From an uncultured virus (IMG/VR IMGVR_UViG_3300002835_000124) (Duplodnaviria; Heunggongvirae; Uroviricota; Caudoviricetes), in the IMG/VR virus record IMGVR_UViG_3300002835_000124: a DNA stretch of 64,000 nucleotides, one strand, 5' to 3'. Position numbers and translations under genes: made by a program. The first letter of the stretch is position 1. Each line of letters opens with the position of its first letter. Of this stretch, positions 11,801 to 21,731 are shown piece after piece. The notes under the pieces are model-generated. The model was given only the letters and a program-made list of their open reading frames with translations. It was not told the origin of the DNA and searched no databases.

Positions 11801-13432
11801 ATTGCAACTGGAAAAATAACTCCTGAAGCATTTACTAAAATGGCTGAGGAAACAAAAAAAGCAACTGCTGAGGCTAGAAAATTTGAAGCAGCACTTAAGG
11901 CTGTTCAATTTGAGGCAGATGAATTAGCAGAGGGTGCAGCAGAACAGTTAAGTGAAAGATTTGATTTTGGTTTTCTTGAAATTGAAAGAAAAGCAAGAGC
12001 AGCATTTAAATCAATAAATAAAATGACTCCAGAAGAAATGGAGTTAAGCGTTGCTCTAGATGAAAGATCAATTGATAAAATACAAAATACGATTGGTGAT
12101 ATTAATTCAAAGATTAAATCTTATAATCGTACTCTTGATTTGATTGGTAGACAAGAAACTGCAATCACCGAAACATATGATCAAAAGATTGATTCTTTAA
12201 ATAAACAAAGAGATGCCTTAGAATCAATAAAGTCAATTAATTCATTTTTGATTTCACAACAACAGAAACAATTGGGTATTGCCAATGCATTAACACAAGG
12301 CGATATTTCTGCAGCAGCAGCAGCAGCACAAGAAATGAGAGCAGAGGCTGCACAAGAATCTTTAAACAGAATGGGTACTGGTTTAGAAACTGCAGCAAAT
12401 AATTTAGAAGTACAAAAACAAAGAGAATTATCTTCAATTACAGCAGTTGTTAATGGTCAAAAATTAACTAGAAAACAAATTGAAACAGAAATTACAACAC
12501 TAAGTGATCAAATTTATAATATTGAAATTTTACAATTAGAGCCTTTACAAAAACAAGCAGATGTAAAGCGACAAATTTTATCAGACCTTGCATTTCAAAT
12601 TGACCGAGAACAAAAATCTTTACAGATTAATGGAATGACAAGACAAGAGTGGAACTTTATTCAACAATATGTAGAAGCATCTAATAAAGAGTCAAATAGT
12701 CTTAAAATTAATATAGACGGAATTGCAACTTCTTCTACTACGGCAGCAGGTGCCTGGGCAAGCATTCTTGAATCAATGAAGGCTGCTTCATCATTCAGTG
12801 TTCCAGGAGCAGGTGCAGCAGGCAGTGGAACTCCTTTTGGTCAGGCAGGATCAGCCACAGCCACAGCAACAGGAACAGCAACTAAATCAACTGGATCAAC
12901 TGTTACAGTAAAGTCTGGCAATACATTAAGTGGAATTGCAAAAGCAGCAGGAGTTAGCCTTTCAGATGTAATTAAGGCTAATCCACAAATTTCAAATCCG
13001 AATTTAATTAGACCAGGACAAGTAATCAAGATACCAGGAAAAATGTATGGCGGTATGGTTAAGCCAATGAGTATGGGTGGAATGGTTCCTAAATACCTTG
13101 CTAATGGTGGACGTATAGGTTCGGATAGTGTACCAACAATGCTAACCCCTGGAGAGTTCGTAATGAACAAGAGGGCAAGTGCAGAATTTGGCCCAATGCT
13201 ATCAATGTTAAATGAGTCAAAATATCCATCAATGATAGGTAGTGGATTTGGCACACAAACTCCAATTAATAATGTTTCAACATCTGTAAGTGACAACTCA
13301 ACGGCAGTGTATAATTATAATTTGGGCTTTAGCATTAACGGAAACAATGTAAATGCAAATGATATTGCTAGAGTAGTAATGAGAGAAATTAAAAATGTTG
13401 ATTCACAAAGAGTTAGGGGGCAAAGAGTCTAA
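5894..13432 (+). CDS. Tape measure protein with C-terminal LysM domain
   Basis: 2512 aa, Ala/Gln-rich and helical. TP901-type TMP core (EGGINASEGANALKSGL, RARAIEQLFGK); LysM near the C-terminus. Confidence 0.95.
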   Translation: MSDVNAKIGVQIDTSQALAELKSLQRQLALFHTSVSKGSASAAAQQRNMQQNLLNSINATGKFSAQMGVVRTSTESFTNALEKNKLSMREYFRYAGGSTKTFGRLFKSEFDTIGKVAQDRVKRLQTQYIKLGRDASGAMKAISVTPTSLNMKDYGTQVALAAQKQALFNQLVKQGSTNLLNFGKNTQWAGRQLMVGFTIPLAYLGTVAGKTFMDLEAQAIRFKRVYGDIFTTTEQTNEALENVRQLAESFTKYGIAVVDTMKMAADAAAMGKTGAELTAQVAQATRLAVLGGVEQGQALETTISITNAFGTAAEDLAKKINFLNAVENQTVVSIEDLTIAIPKAGPVVKQLGGDVEDLAFFLTAMKEGGINASEGANALKSGLASLINPTKKASEMLADMGINIKAIVEGNQGDIKSTVIDFSRALDTLDPLNRARAIEQLFGKFQFSRLSTLFQNVTKDGTQAAKVLGLTTNSVEQLAIMSERELGVLEDAVGTKFKKAIEDLRLTLEPVGKTFLEAVTPIAQSVAGLLDKFNNLGDGTKKFIVVATTLVGIIGPVLLMTFGLLMNAVANGIKLFAIMRTGFLKLGGNSKILAEQTNYLSVEQLEAATVAASLNQAHNRLTQQFNIEASAVRALRQAYIDATVAAANFARTNPGMMMPGRGGAPKKFARGTASVPGRGNKDNVPAVLMPGEAVIPTDIAQNPQVQPIIEALLGGKLQAFGTGTGDAQPFANSPKFQPKMDLSGPSAQVLNTNPSQINSLLLGKSAFTETNEAFAARNAALLARMQGAKSQTKSNLVFGHAVDHKQISGTKVSEQFRKLGFGRENLYTAVGFDIPKEMNGQLNRKNSTVTAGEYRRAILDDNSLRTMTISLSKQGIPDTDALRVAKEIRTNLLKSLNSLPDNALINDKMIYSRMGNERSGIMGALAKSADPIVSRSARTLLGAASTSAVGGSSIKTDKLKSIDDVIKAVQKTNSNPILVKKLNELKAIDPKLLIPTSLNDKGEIVAYRRPEITGGKITKNNVINGLIDGKFKSQREFLGGGRQVLKITKSMNDRFDRLIGKQPQKETVAVRARGEYKVDAKGNLTPLTGQNTERKPASIQTTSRNVSDNRTTTLNPNETVVQRIRRLRGFANAPQVDPKTGSTTMGEVSQSARLSRAQLLAAVEKISLKEAKRRIAAEGKLTNAMNESTEAQKTTKQKLSEFSSKASLGIGAVSGLTIAASFAGGKLGEMAQTIMPFVFGLQGIVALLPMLANPWVAAVAAIALVGGTLYKMSKDMEKARQEGINLSNAMSMTSKKIVDLSVISGTVSASEEAARRRKNIVSGTVEGQRQFGQNVLGSEFGKQILADIEIQSKNGQSIKQISQNLANNLAVAVAQGAVTTSQARSIAAALGEELGSYEIPALVSGKLVSLLGPNGENLTTDPLQVTLEIQRSSMDKQAQAFQTAIKGVLENKNTFAGAKLDMAPTSIFDRFKNLFDPTTLFDYFGERKQSAKLTSAAVQLGLQEVAQNQGLVDSLNRQYDIKLKSAKTEQEINTIQGQRKDALNQLNANNANALNLLIKQKDQLGVDGFTKGIKAAADAMYKEGPMAVFKDQAIEALNKLKDSKFKTELQVGLASGQVSPTVITKILSTAAGNKGFETAFKILVDKQGLADASLISELLPSGGADDTTRTLMMSYINNNEEDFKTDMEALAFLNQINPTYGITLDLKANGIQQIATATNALKQVEGLDPQLTKEVVAKLAEEKPGEWKAFYDQWSILSEGKDFVNKNIKVAFDVVSNDPNFKGFGSSAGKSVADIIAKGGILPGPVPTGPDPVDNKNKNRDTFLDDLLIKLKLFRKESVNAMGGWNELLKQLGKGKTIDNFDGVVNKLSRLKVNESVLQFAEGLDAENAAKFFNKITDKAKNGKLVLNQYGKALNQLFPTIQAGTYLRAQEKIKNENNIQIKALDTLKKKGVDAATALKMLEDPATAAAIATGKITPEAFTKMAEETKKATAEARKFEAALKAVQFEADELAEGAAEQLSERFDFGFLEIERKARAAFKSINKMTPEEMELSVALDERSIDKIQNTIGDINSKIKSYNRTLDLIGRQETAITETYDQKIDSLNKQRDALESIKSINSFLISQQQKQLGIANALTQGDISAAAAAAQEMRAEAAQESLNRMGTGLETAANNLEVQKQRELSSITAVVNGQKLTRKQIETEITTLSDQIYNIEILQLEPLQKQADVKRQILSDLAFQIDREQKSLQINGMTRQEWNFIQQYVEASNKESNSLKINIDGIATSSTTAAGAWASILESMKAASSFSVPGAGAAGSGTPFGQAGSATATATGTATKSTGSTVTVKSGNTLSGIAKAAGVSLSDVIKANPQISNPNLIRPGQVIKIPGKMYGGMVKPMSMGGMVPKYLANGGRIGSDSVPTMLTPGEFVMNKRASAEFGPMLSMLNESKYPSMIGSGFGTQTPINNVSTSVSDNSTAVYNYNLGFSINGNNVNANDIARVVMREIKNVDSQRVRGQRV
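12902..13036 (+). other. LysM domain within the tape measure
   Basis: VTVKSGNTLSGIAKAAGVSLSDVIKANPQISNPNLIRPGQVIKIP matches the LysM consensus. Confidence 0.9.
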
Positions 13433-14067
13433 TGGCTACTAGTGCTTATTTGACAGGTAGACGCAGGTATACAAGACCACAGGGTATATTATGGGCAAAC
13501 AACCCTGGAACCCTCTCTAATGGCTTATATGTGCCTAATGGCATAGAGGTAGGAGCAGATACAGAAGAAACAGATGTCAACCTATTGGATCAGTTTATTA
13601 TTCTGTCTGATCATAATAGGGGAGAAATGCAGTTCAATACTCAAAGAATTGAGCAACGAACAAGAACAATTAATGGTCGTATGCGTTCATATCATATTGC
13701 AGATAAACTAAGTATGTCTGTATCATGGAGCATGATTCCTTCAAGAGGGTATGCAGGATTGGCTAATTTTAATGAAACAACAGGTATAGCACCAAACGAA
13801 GGATCTACATCTGAATATACAGCAGATGGTGGTGCTGGTGGAGTAGAAATTCTTGATTGGTATGAAACTCATCAAGGGCCTTTTTGGATGTATCTTGCCT
13901 ATGACAAGTACACAAACTTAGAAGGACAGGGATACAAGTATGATGGTTTGAACAGATATAATCAAATCATTCAAGTTTATTTTGCAGACTTTAATTATTC
14001 CGTAGTAAAACGTGGTGCAACAAATCATGATCTTTGGAACATATCGGTAACACTGGAAGAAGTCTAA
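13432..14067 (+). CDS. Minor tail protein (distal tail-like)
   Basis: Immediately after the TMP; ends WNISVTLEEV. Confidence 0.65.
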   Translation: MATSAYLTGRRRYTRPQGILWANNPGTLSNGLYVPNGIEVGADTEETDVNLLDQFIILSDHNRGEMQFNTQRIEQRTRTINGRMRSYHIADKLSMSVSWSMIPSRGYAGLANFNETTGIAPNEGSTSEYTADGGAGGVEILDWYETHQGPFWMYLAYDKYTNLEGQGYKYDGLNRYNQIIQVYFADFNYSVVKRGATNHDLWNISVTLEEV

Positions 14068-17000
14068 ATGTTTGAAAGTACTGAATTAAAAAATCACTTT
14101 GAAACATCTGCAACAATACAGACAGAGTCTTTGGTTCTGGTTGAATGGAATATGAATATGCCAGACAATATATCTAAACTTGGTAATTATAGATATAGAC
14201 CACAAGAACAAAGTTCTCAATTTTTAACATTAGCAAATGTTTTTGATCCAGCAGACGTTGGTTTATTTTATACGGGCGCAACAGATGCAGACATTGTTGT
14301 TGATGGTGGATTTGAAAACAATGGAACACCTCAAATATTTACTTCAACAAAAGAAAAAAATAAATTACTATATTCTTTAGAAGATTGCATAAAGCCATTT
14401 AGACCAAGATCTGGAATTAATAAGGCAACATTTTTTAATGGCAAATATTTAGCAAACTCTGGAAAAGACATTGCAAGACGACCAAGATATTATATGGCAT
14501 CAAGGTATGACCAATTTAAATATTGGAGTTCTTTTAGAACTGAATCAGGAATTGAAAGAGGTATTGCTAAAACAATAGTTAATGGGAGTTATTACATAGA
14601 TGATACTGTACCATTTGTTGTATATAAAAAAAATGTTCCAACAAATAGAATTATTGTAAAGATGCAAACAAATGTTGGAGACGTGGATTTAGGAGATTTT
14701 ACAGATATCTCTAAAACATTTTCAGATCCATTATATGGTGATGCAAATAAAACAACCCCAACAAGGTGGAAAATTCAATATCTTGAAGAAAATAATTGGA
14801 TTGATGCGTATAATTTTAATGAAAATGATTTACGAGAAGATGGGTTTCCAATTATTTCTAATAATGGATATGTTGAGTTACAGTATGCACTAAAAAACAT
14901 TCCAGATAAATTTAAAAATAATTTTGTTATAGCAGAAACATTTTCTTCTTCAACATTATTGCCAACAGAATCAATTGATGGATATGCATATTTGGTTATT
15001 GAGAATGAAGGTAGTGTTGGAACATTTTATGTTTGGAATTCAACCACACAAGATTATGAAACTTTTGTACCATCTTATGGATGGATTTTAGGAAATGAAA
15101 AAATTGATAATAAAACAAGTTTTGTAACAGATCTGACATCACCATTATTTTTTACAGAAACGGTAAACGGAAAAATAGTTTATAGAGAGTTTCAAAATAT
15201 TCGTGGTTTAAGAATTGTAGTAGAAAAAATGAACAAGTTTGATTCTACTTTTGATTTAATTGAAATGTCCCCAAGACTTGTTGCTAATATCTCTGACAAA
15301 GTTATAGAATATAACGTAAAAAAAATGCTTTCAGATTTGGGAAATTCTTCTTTACCAGTAGGGCAGTTGTTGGCTTCAACTGGAAACTTGTCTTTATTTG
15401 ATGATGATCAAGCATTTAATGATAATAATGATAATAGTATTGTTAGTGACTATATTCGCAAAAATATAAAATTTAATTTTTATGAAAAAATATTAAACGT
15501 AAGTGGGTATGATTATTGGGTACCCATTAAAACTTTGTACTCAGATGGTTTTCCACAGGCAAACGTAACTGCTGGAACACTAGATTTGCCATTAAGAGAT
15601 TTTTATTTCTTTTTAGAGTCTATGCCAGCGCCAAGAATGTTGGTTACAGAAGTATCACTTAGTTATGCCATTACCTTAATTCTTGATTACATCGGATTTA
15701 GCAATTATGTTTTTTATAGAAATACGGATGAGCCAGAAGCAGTAATTCCATATTTCTTTATTGCGCCAGACCAAACTGTGGCAGAAGTTTTAAATCAATT
15801 GGCGGTAGCAACACAGAGTGCAATGTTTTTTGATGAATATAATAATTTTGTTGTAATGAGCAAAAATTATATGTTGCCAAAAGAAAATGACAGAACAACT
15901 AACCTTATTTTGTCTGGATCAAATAATCAGTCTATTAGCGGAATAATTGAAAACCAAACATCAGGAATATTACCTAATATTTTATCAATAGCATCTGAAG
16001 ATAAAAGAATTTATAATAATGGAAAAATTAACTATACAACTAGATATATTCAAAGATCTTATGGAAATATTCGTCAAGCAAGTATGATTGACCAAGAAAA
16101 AACTTGGATATACAAGCCAGCATTACTTTGGGAAGCATCTGGAACTGATTCAACAAAAACAATTAATGAAGTTGCATCTAAGCAATCAAAATATGTTCTT
16201 GGAGCAATGCCAATAAATTCAGACTTATCCAATAATGTTCCAACAGTATCTAATCATAAAATTCAAAACAATGTAATAGATCTTGGAGAAAACGTTTATT
16301 GGCTTACTAGATACCAAGGATATTTTTATTCTAATGGAGAAATTATTAGATATGATGCTGCTCAGTTTAATGTTACTCTTGCAATTTGGTATCCTATTCA
16401 ATCAGATGGGTCATTGCTAGAATCTTCACCACAGGTTGTTTTGCCTGGAAGGCTAGCCCCAGTTAGTATTATTGATAATTTAGATAAAAAAGTTGCCAAT
16501 GGAGAAATCACAGAAGCGCAAAAAGGTCAAGAAATTCAGGCATGGAGAACTTCACATAGACAGGGTAGTAGCAATGTTTGGATTACAAGTAATCAAGAAT
16601 ATCAAAATTATTTTAAATCACTACCATTTAATGGAAAAATATATCCTACAGGATTAGTTAGAATATATACTATTCCATTTTATGAAACAGTTGATGGAAT
16701 TACTCGTTTACAAGATGGTCCAGTTTATGAGCATGGACGTGCACAATTCGGAACACCAGTTACAACACATTCTGCAGGCATAAATTCTTATTGGTCTAAT
16801 AATGACTATGTTAAGGGATGCGAAATGAAGACAGAATATTTATTTACAACTAAACTACTTGAAGATATATCTGTACCATCAACAACAATTGGTGCAGCAG
16901 GAATTAATAATACAAAAGCAAGACAGACATCAAGAAATGGAACCATAAAAAACTTTATGTCTTCAAGTTATTCAAATGAGACATCGGTTAATAATACTTT

Positions 17001-18573
17001 ATCAACACAGTCTGGAACAATACAATCTTCTGCATTAGTTATGAATGGTCCATCTTTTGCAACAACAGAAAAACCTATTGACTTAGTTTCGTATGTTTAT
17101 AAAAATTTAAACAATGCATATAAACATTTTGGTGCTAGGGTAAGAATTATTGGAAAAATTGAAAACAATGAAATTCGTAGCCAAACTCCAATAGGAAGCA
17201 CTACATATTACCAGGTTGCTGGAGTAAAACCAGATCAAAACGTAAACATAGGTGGAGGCTCTGGTGGTTTAGCGGTATTGCTTAATCCAGAAACAAATAA
17301 TGGATATTATTTTGAAATTGTTGCTTTAACAGAACAAAATGTAGAATCATATTTGAATTTAGACAATAATAATAAATCTAGTATTTCGGTTAATAACGTA
17401 GTATTTTATAAAATCAAAAAAAATTCTTCAAACAGTGAAGCAATACCTGTAAAACTTTGGGGCGGATTATCAAAAATTATAGTTGATGACGGTAGATTTA
17501 CAGGACAATATAGGATGACTGGCGAAGAAAACCCAACGGTTTATGATTTGGCTGTAGAGTATCAGGATATAGGAAAGGTTAGAAGGTTCTTTTTGTATAT
17601 CAATAATCAATTAATTCAGGTTGTGGATGATCCAGATCCACTTCCAATATATAATAATATGGCCCCATTTGTTCGTGGATCTTCTAGGGTTATGTTTGAA
17701 AATATTTATGCATTATCTGAAAATTATTCTCAAAATAGTGTTTTTACAGTTGGAGAAACTCTTTCATCAGCATTTGGGAATAAAGAAATAAATGCTAGTG
17801 AATCTTTTAGAAGGTATGCTATGAGCGGAATTATTCAGTCAACCTATCTGTCTGGAATTAGTTCTCAAGAATCACCTAAATATAATTTATATTTTGAAGA
17901 ATTTGGCTCAATTATGAGAGAATGTTCTTATTTTGATATAAAATATGATCGTGCATATCCTGCTCTTTATGCTCAGATATCCCCAACATTTAATAAAATA
18001 AAAGGTTATACAACATCTGGATTTTATGCTGATTCTTATGGTGCTGAATTTTTAATTTTTAATGCTACAGATACAGCAATTAATCTTGATGAAACTAGTG
18101 GAAATTATTTAAGAATTCAAGGTATTACATTTACTCAAGATACAACTCACGAATTAACGGTTGATGAATATTTTAAAAAGCGTAGTAATTTTTCTAATCC
18201 ACAACTAACCAGTTCTTCTCAAATTATTTCTCCACTTATTGAAAAAGAAAAATTTGATAATATAAAGTTAAGCAGAATGATATATGGCAATAACGAGTTT
18301 ACTTTAGACACACCATATATTCAAACACACGATGATGCTGAAAATTTAATGGGATGGCTTATAGATAAATTAATGGTTCCAAAAAAATCTATTGGAGTAA
18401 AAATTTTTACAACTCCAACTATTCAACTTGGAGATATTGTTACAATTGATTATAAAGATTCTAATAATTTAGATTTAGTAACAAAAAATACTTCTAGGTT
18501 TATAGTATATAATATTGATTATACAAGAAGAATAAGTGGGCCAGAAATGACTATTTACTTGGCGGAGGTGTAA
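14068..18573 (+). CDS. Large minor tail / tail-tip hub protein
   Basis: 1501 aa; AEVLNQLAVATQSAMFFDEYN and PTIQLGDIVTI motifs typical of tail-tip hubs. Confidence 0.7.
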   Translation: MFESTELKNHFETSATIQTESLVLVEWNMNMPDNISKLGNYRYRPQEQSSQFLTLANVFDPADVGLFYTGATDADIVVDGGFENNGTPQIFTSTKEKNKLLYSLEDCIKPFRPRSGINKATFFNGKYLANSGKDIARRPRYYMASRYDQFKYWSSFRTESGIERGIAKTIVNGSYYIDDTVPFVVYKKNVPTNRIIVKMQTNVGDVDLGDFTDISKTFSDPLYGDANKTTPTRWKIQYLEENNWIDAYNFNENDLREDGFPIISNNGYVELQYALKNIPDKFKNNFVIAETFSSSTLLPTESIDGYAYLVIENEGSVGTFYVWNSTTQDYETFVPSYGWILGNEKIDNKTSFVTDLTSPLFFTETVNGKIVYREFQNIRGLRIVVEKMNKFDSTFDLIEMSPRLVANISDKVIEYNVKKMLSDLGNSSLPVGQLLASTGNLSLFDDDQAFNDNNDNSIVSDYIRKNIKFNFYEKILNVSGYDYWVPIKTLYSDGFPQANVTAGTLDLPLRDFYFFLESMPAPRMLVTEVSLSYAITLILDYIGFSNYVFYRNTDEPEAVIPYFFIAPDQTVAEVLNQLAVATQSAMFFDEYNNFVVMSKNYMLPKENDRTTNLILSGSNNQSISGIIENQTSGILPNILSIASEDKRIYNNGKINYTTRYIQRSYGNIRQASMIDQEKTWIYKPALLWEASGTDSTKTINEVASKQSKYVLGAMPINSDLSNNVPTVSNHKIQNNVIDLGENVYWLTRYQGYFYSNGEIIRYDAAQFNVTLAIWYPIQSDGSLLESSPQVVLPGRLAPVSIIDNLDKKVANGEITEAQKGQEIQAWRTSHRQGSSNVWITSNQEYQNYFKSLPFNGKIYPTGLVRIYTIPFYETVDGITRLQDGPVYEHGRAQFGTPVTTHSAGINSYWSNNDYVKGCEMKTEYLFTTKLLEDISVPSTTIGAAGINNTKARQTSRNGTIKNFMSSSYSNETSVNNTLSTQSGTIQSSALVMNGPSFATTEKPIDLVSYVYKNLNNAYKHFGARVRIIGKIENNEIRSQTPIGSTTYYQVAGVKPDQNVNIGGGSGGLAVLLNPETNNGYYFEIVALTEQNVESYLNLDNNNKSSISVNNVVFYKIKKNSSNSEAIPVKLWGGLSKIIVDDGRFTGQYRMTGEENPTVYDLAVEYQDIGKVRRFFLYINNQLIQVVDDPDPLPIYNNMAPFVRGSSRVMFENIYALSENYSQNSVFTVGETLSSAFGNKEINASESFRRYAMSGIIQSTYLSGISSQESPKYNLYFEEFGSIMRECSYFDIKYDRAYPALYAQISPTFNKIKGYTTSGFYADSYGAEFLIFNATDTAINLDETSGNYLRIQGITFTQDTTHELTVDEYFKKRSNFSNPQLTSSSQIISPLIEKEKFDNIKLSRMIYGNNEFTLDTPYIQTHDDAENLMGWLIDKLMVPKKSIGVKIFTTPTIQLGDIVTIDYKDSNNLDLVTKNTSRFIVYNIDYTRRISGPEMTIYLAEV

Positions 18574-18574
18574 T

Positions 18575-19420
18575 GTGAAAGCCAATGAAAGAGAAAGTAG
18601 GGTAAAAACAACATCTAAAAAAGAACCAGAGTTTACTGGTCCTGCAAAGTATAGTCCTTTTGTTCCAACTACTCCTGTTAAAAATTTTACACCAACAGTT
18701 TTGCCTGCTTACAAGCCATCAACATCAAATGGATTATTTGTTGGGCCAATTCCAATGGGAACGGTCCGTACAGAAACTGGATATGTACCAGAAGTAACAT
18801 CAACTTCAAAATATTCTCCAGGAGATTTTAGAAAAGCAGAAGAAAAATCTAATGAACCTTTTTACTCATCACAAAATATAGGTGGGGCTTCGCTTGTATC
18901 AAATAACTTTATACCAGCCGTAACTCCAACACCACTTACTCCATCTCCAATATCTGCAACCGTTATGGCTCCTCCACCCCCACCAGTTAAAACTGCAACT
19001 CTTGATATTATTTTATTTGATGACGAAGCAACAACGGTAGACACTATGGCAGATCTAATATTTGAAAATATTGGCGGACAAGAATTAATCAATATTACAA
19101 GATCTGACATTATTAATGGTCAAAAAATATCTTATCAACCAATTAAAAATTTATCATCTATACAACAAAGATATAATCCAAATAATATTCTTAGTCTTCA
19201 ACAAACCGCAGATAAATATTTTGCTGGTTTTTCAATAAAACTAGAAGATAAAATTCCAAACGAGGGTAATGGAGCAAATGGAGAAAATGTCTATATTGAA
19301 GAGGGTACTGGCGATTTAATCATTGAGTTTATTAATATAAACAATGATGAGCAAATTGAGGTACAAATTACCTCAGATGGTACAATATATGAAGCGGATC
19401 TTGGAGAAATAAACTCATGA
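18575..19420 (+). CDS. Putative minor tail protein with a Pro/Thr-rich N-terminus
   Basis: In the tail module; GTG start is uncertain. Confidence 0.5.
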   Translation: MKANERESRVKTTSKKEPEFTGPAKYSPFVPTTPVKNFTPTVLPAYKPSTSNGLFVGPIPMGTVRTETGYVPEVTSTSKYSPGDFRKAEEKSNEPFYSSQNIGGASLVSNNFIPAVTPTPLTPSPISATVMAPPPPPVKTATLDIILFDDEATTVDTMADLIFENIGGQELINITRSDIINGQKISYQPIKNLSSIQQRYNPNNILSLQQTADKYFAGFSIKLEDKIPNEGNGANGENVYIEEGTGDLIIEFININNDEQIEVQITSDGTIYEADLGEINS

Positions 19421-20562
19421 TAACTAATACTGGTAAAACAATTATTGCAAAATATTTGCTTGGACAAGCGCCAGCATATGCATCATATCTTGCTATTGGT
19501 TGCGGTGCTACACCATTGACTACTGGAGATCCACTTGGAAACTATTCAGCAAAACAAAATTTAGATTTTGAAATGTTTCGTGTCCCAATATCTTCAAGAG
19601 GTTTTGTAAATGAAAATGGATTAGATAAAATTGTTTTAACTGCAGAATTACCAACAGAAGAAAGATACGAAATTTCTGAAATTGGAATCTATTCTGCTGG
19701 ATCAAACCCTTCTGCTGGTGCTTATGATAGTAAGACTGTATTTGCTTTTACACAAACTGAAAATTGGCAACATCATACGGCAGAAGCAGCAGTAGCAATT
19801 AATACATTTTCTACTGCATTAGACGCACCAGAATATGATAATGTTATTGCAGTTGCAGATAGTGTATTTCAAACAAGCGGGGATAATCCAATATTTTTTA
19901 AATCTCCAAGAGTTGAAAGATATGAAAGACCAAGATTTTTAAACAATGTTATTTTAATACAAGGCGATGACTCTGATATTACAATTAATGAAGAAAGTGG
20001 AGCGGCGCAGGATCATTTTGTAATAGAGCCTGGATCAAACCATATACATTTAACTGGCGCTAATATTGATTTTACAAGAAACTCTCCAACAGATGAATTA
20101 CGTTTAGCCTTTTCATTAATAAGTAAAGATGGTGCATCTGTAACAACTCCAGAAAATGTAAGAATTATGGTTGAGTTTGCATCAACAGAAACAGAAACTG
20201 CAGAATATGCTAGATTTGAAGCAGAAGTTATTGATGATAGCAGTGGTGGAGCATATGATTTTTCTACAGAACGATATTTTGTTGTAACAAAACAACTTCA
20301 AGAATTATATACTAGTGCAAACTTTACATGGAATGCAGTTACTGTTATAAAAATATATGCTTGTGTTATTGATGCAGGTATTCCGTCTAATAATTATTAC
20401 GTAGCATTAGATGCAATGAGATTAGAAAATATTTCTACAGTAAATCCACTTTATGGTTTAACTGGATATTCAGTAATTCAAAATGTAGATGCATCAACTA
20501 TTGTAAAAAGTCCTAATACTAGCAATTATATTGAATTTAGATTTTCAGTTGGTGTAACATAA
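19417..20562 (+). CDS. Putative minor tail / baseplate protein
   Basis: MITNTGK...YLAIGCG...ISEIGIYS motifs typical of tail-fibre attachment proteins. Confidence 0.6.
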   Translation: MITNTGKTIIAKYLLGQAPAYASYLAIGCGATPLTTGDPLGNYSAKQNLDFEMFRVPISSRGFVNENGLDKIVLTAELPTEERYEISEIGIYSAGSNPSAGAYDSKTVFAFTQTENWQHHTAEAAVAINTFSTALDAPEYDNVIAVADSVFQTSGDNPIFFKSPRVERYERPRFLNNVILIQGDDSDITINEESGAAQDHFVIEPGSNHIHLTGANIDFTRNSPTDELRLAFSLISKDGASVTTPENVRIMVEFASTETETAEYARFEAEVIDDSSGGAYDFSTERYFVVTKQLQELYTSANFTWNAVTVIKIYACVIDAGIPSNNYYVALDAMRLENISTVNPLYGLTGYSVIQNVDASTIVKSPNTSNYIEFRFSVGVT

Positions 20563-21062
20563 TGCCTGATTCAGGAATTAAAAAAATAAGAATAAGACAA
20601 AAGAACCTTCCCACAATAGACGTAAATGAAGAAGGTTATATTTTAAAGTATAGGGTAGTTTCTGAAGATAAAAACAGAACATCACAATGGTCACCAACAT
20701 CAATTGTTCAACCAAACTATACTTACGTTTCTGGAGATATATCTTTTAATAAATCAGGACAAGTTGCAACCCTAGCCTGGGACTCTGTTTCAATACAAAA
20801 AGATGGAGTTGAAATTAGAAAAGCACACGAGTTTGATATTTGGTTAAAATGGGATAGAAATGATAATGGAGATTGGATTTATAAACAAAGAATTGATGGT
20901 GCAAACATTTCTTTTCCAATTCCCAGCACATACACAATAGGCGGGGTAGTTCAAGGGTCTGCACCTAACAAACTTTCAGCAGAAATATATTTAAAAGGAA
21001 CTCCAATTACTAGAGAGTCTGCTTTATTATTAGTTTATGAAGATGGTCCACACACCGTTTAA
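20562..21062 (+). CDS. Putative minor tail protein (FN3/Ig-like)
   Basis: YRVVSEDKNRTSQWS FN3-like motif; synteny. Confidence 0.45.
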   Translation: MPDSGIKKIRIRQKNLPTIDVNEEGYILKYRVVSEDKNRTSQWSPTSIVQPNYTYVSGDISFNKSGQVATLAWDSVSIQKDGVEIRKAHEFDIWLKWDRNDNGDWIYKQRIDGANISFPIPSTYTIGGVVQGSAPNKLSAEIYLKGTPITRESALLLVYEDGPHTV

Positions 21063-21087
21063 TGATATACTTTAATAGGAGGAAATA

Positions 21088-21528
21088 ATGGCAAAAGTAC
21101 CACTACCAGAAAGAGGGCAGCCTCTTGATGTCACATATTTATACAGTTTGGTTGATGCTGTAAACGATCTTTCTACACAGGTTGCATCTACAACTACTAA
21201 TAAAACAGTTATAGATACTGTAAGTGCGGGTAAACAAGAAATTAAAACTTCTAATTCAAGAATAATTGGTGGTTATGTTGAAGTTGCCAACAACTCAACA
21301 GTTTCTGCTGGAAATGAAAGAACATTTACTTACGATTTTAAAGATTTTAAATACCCTCCAATTGTTTCTGCTACACCAGTAAATATTGGACAAACTCCAG
21401 CGGGACAAAATGTAAATGTTATTTTAAAAAGTGTTACAGAAACAAGGGTTGAAGGTGTTGTAAGATTTGGGGCTTCTGGTGATCTATCTTTAGCAGTACA
21501 TTTGATTATTGTTGGAATTCCAAACTAA
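21088..21528 (+). CDS. Hypothetical virion-associated protein
   Basis: SD AGGAGG; TGaTATACT at 21063-21071; C-terminal FKYPPIVSAT...IIVG resembles tail-fibre C-terminal beta domains. Confidence 0.5.
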   Translation: MAKVPLPERGQPLDVTYLYSLVDAVNDLSTQVASTTTNKTVIDTVSAGKQEIKTSNSRIIGGYVEVANNSTVSAGNERTFTYDFKDFKYPPIVSATPVNIGQTPAGQNVNVILKSVTETRVEGVVRFGASGDLSLAVHLIIVGIPN

Positions 21529-21539
21529 AGGATAATTTT

Positions 21540-21731
21540 ATGATTGCTTGCATAAAATGCAAGGGTAGAACCTTTGTTGATAGACAATATAGTAGTATTC
21601 AGCACATAGAAACTTATTGCATCGTGTGTGGCTTGAGAAAGTTTTTTCATCCACCAGCAGAAAGTGAAGAGGGAAGATGGTTACTGGCAAAGGAATTATA
21701 CAGGGCGAAATTTACAATAACGAAACTGTAA
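21540..21731 (+). CDS. Small zinc-ribbon protein
   Basis: CIKC...CIVC. Confidence 0.65.
   Translation: MIACIKCKGRTFVDRQYSSIQHIETYCIVCGLRKFFHPPAESEEGRWLLAKELYRAKFTITKL

Noticed and set aside
6431..13296. Many minus-strand and alternative-frame ORFs inside the tape measure (also inside 39732..44174)
   Set aside because: They are shadow ORFs produced by codon bias of the real genes, with no SDs or recognisable motifs.
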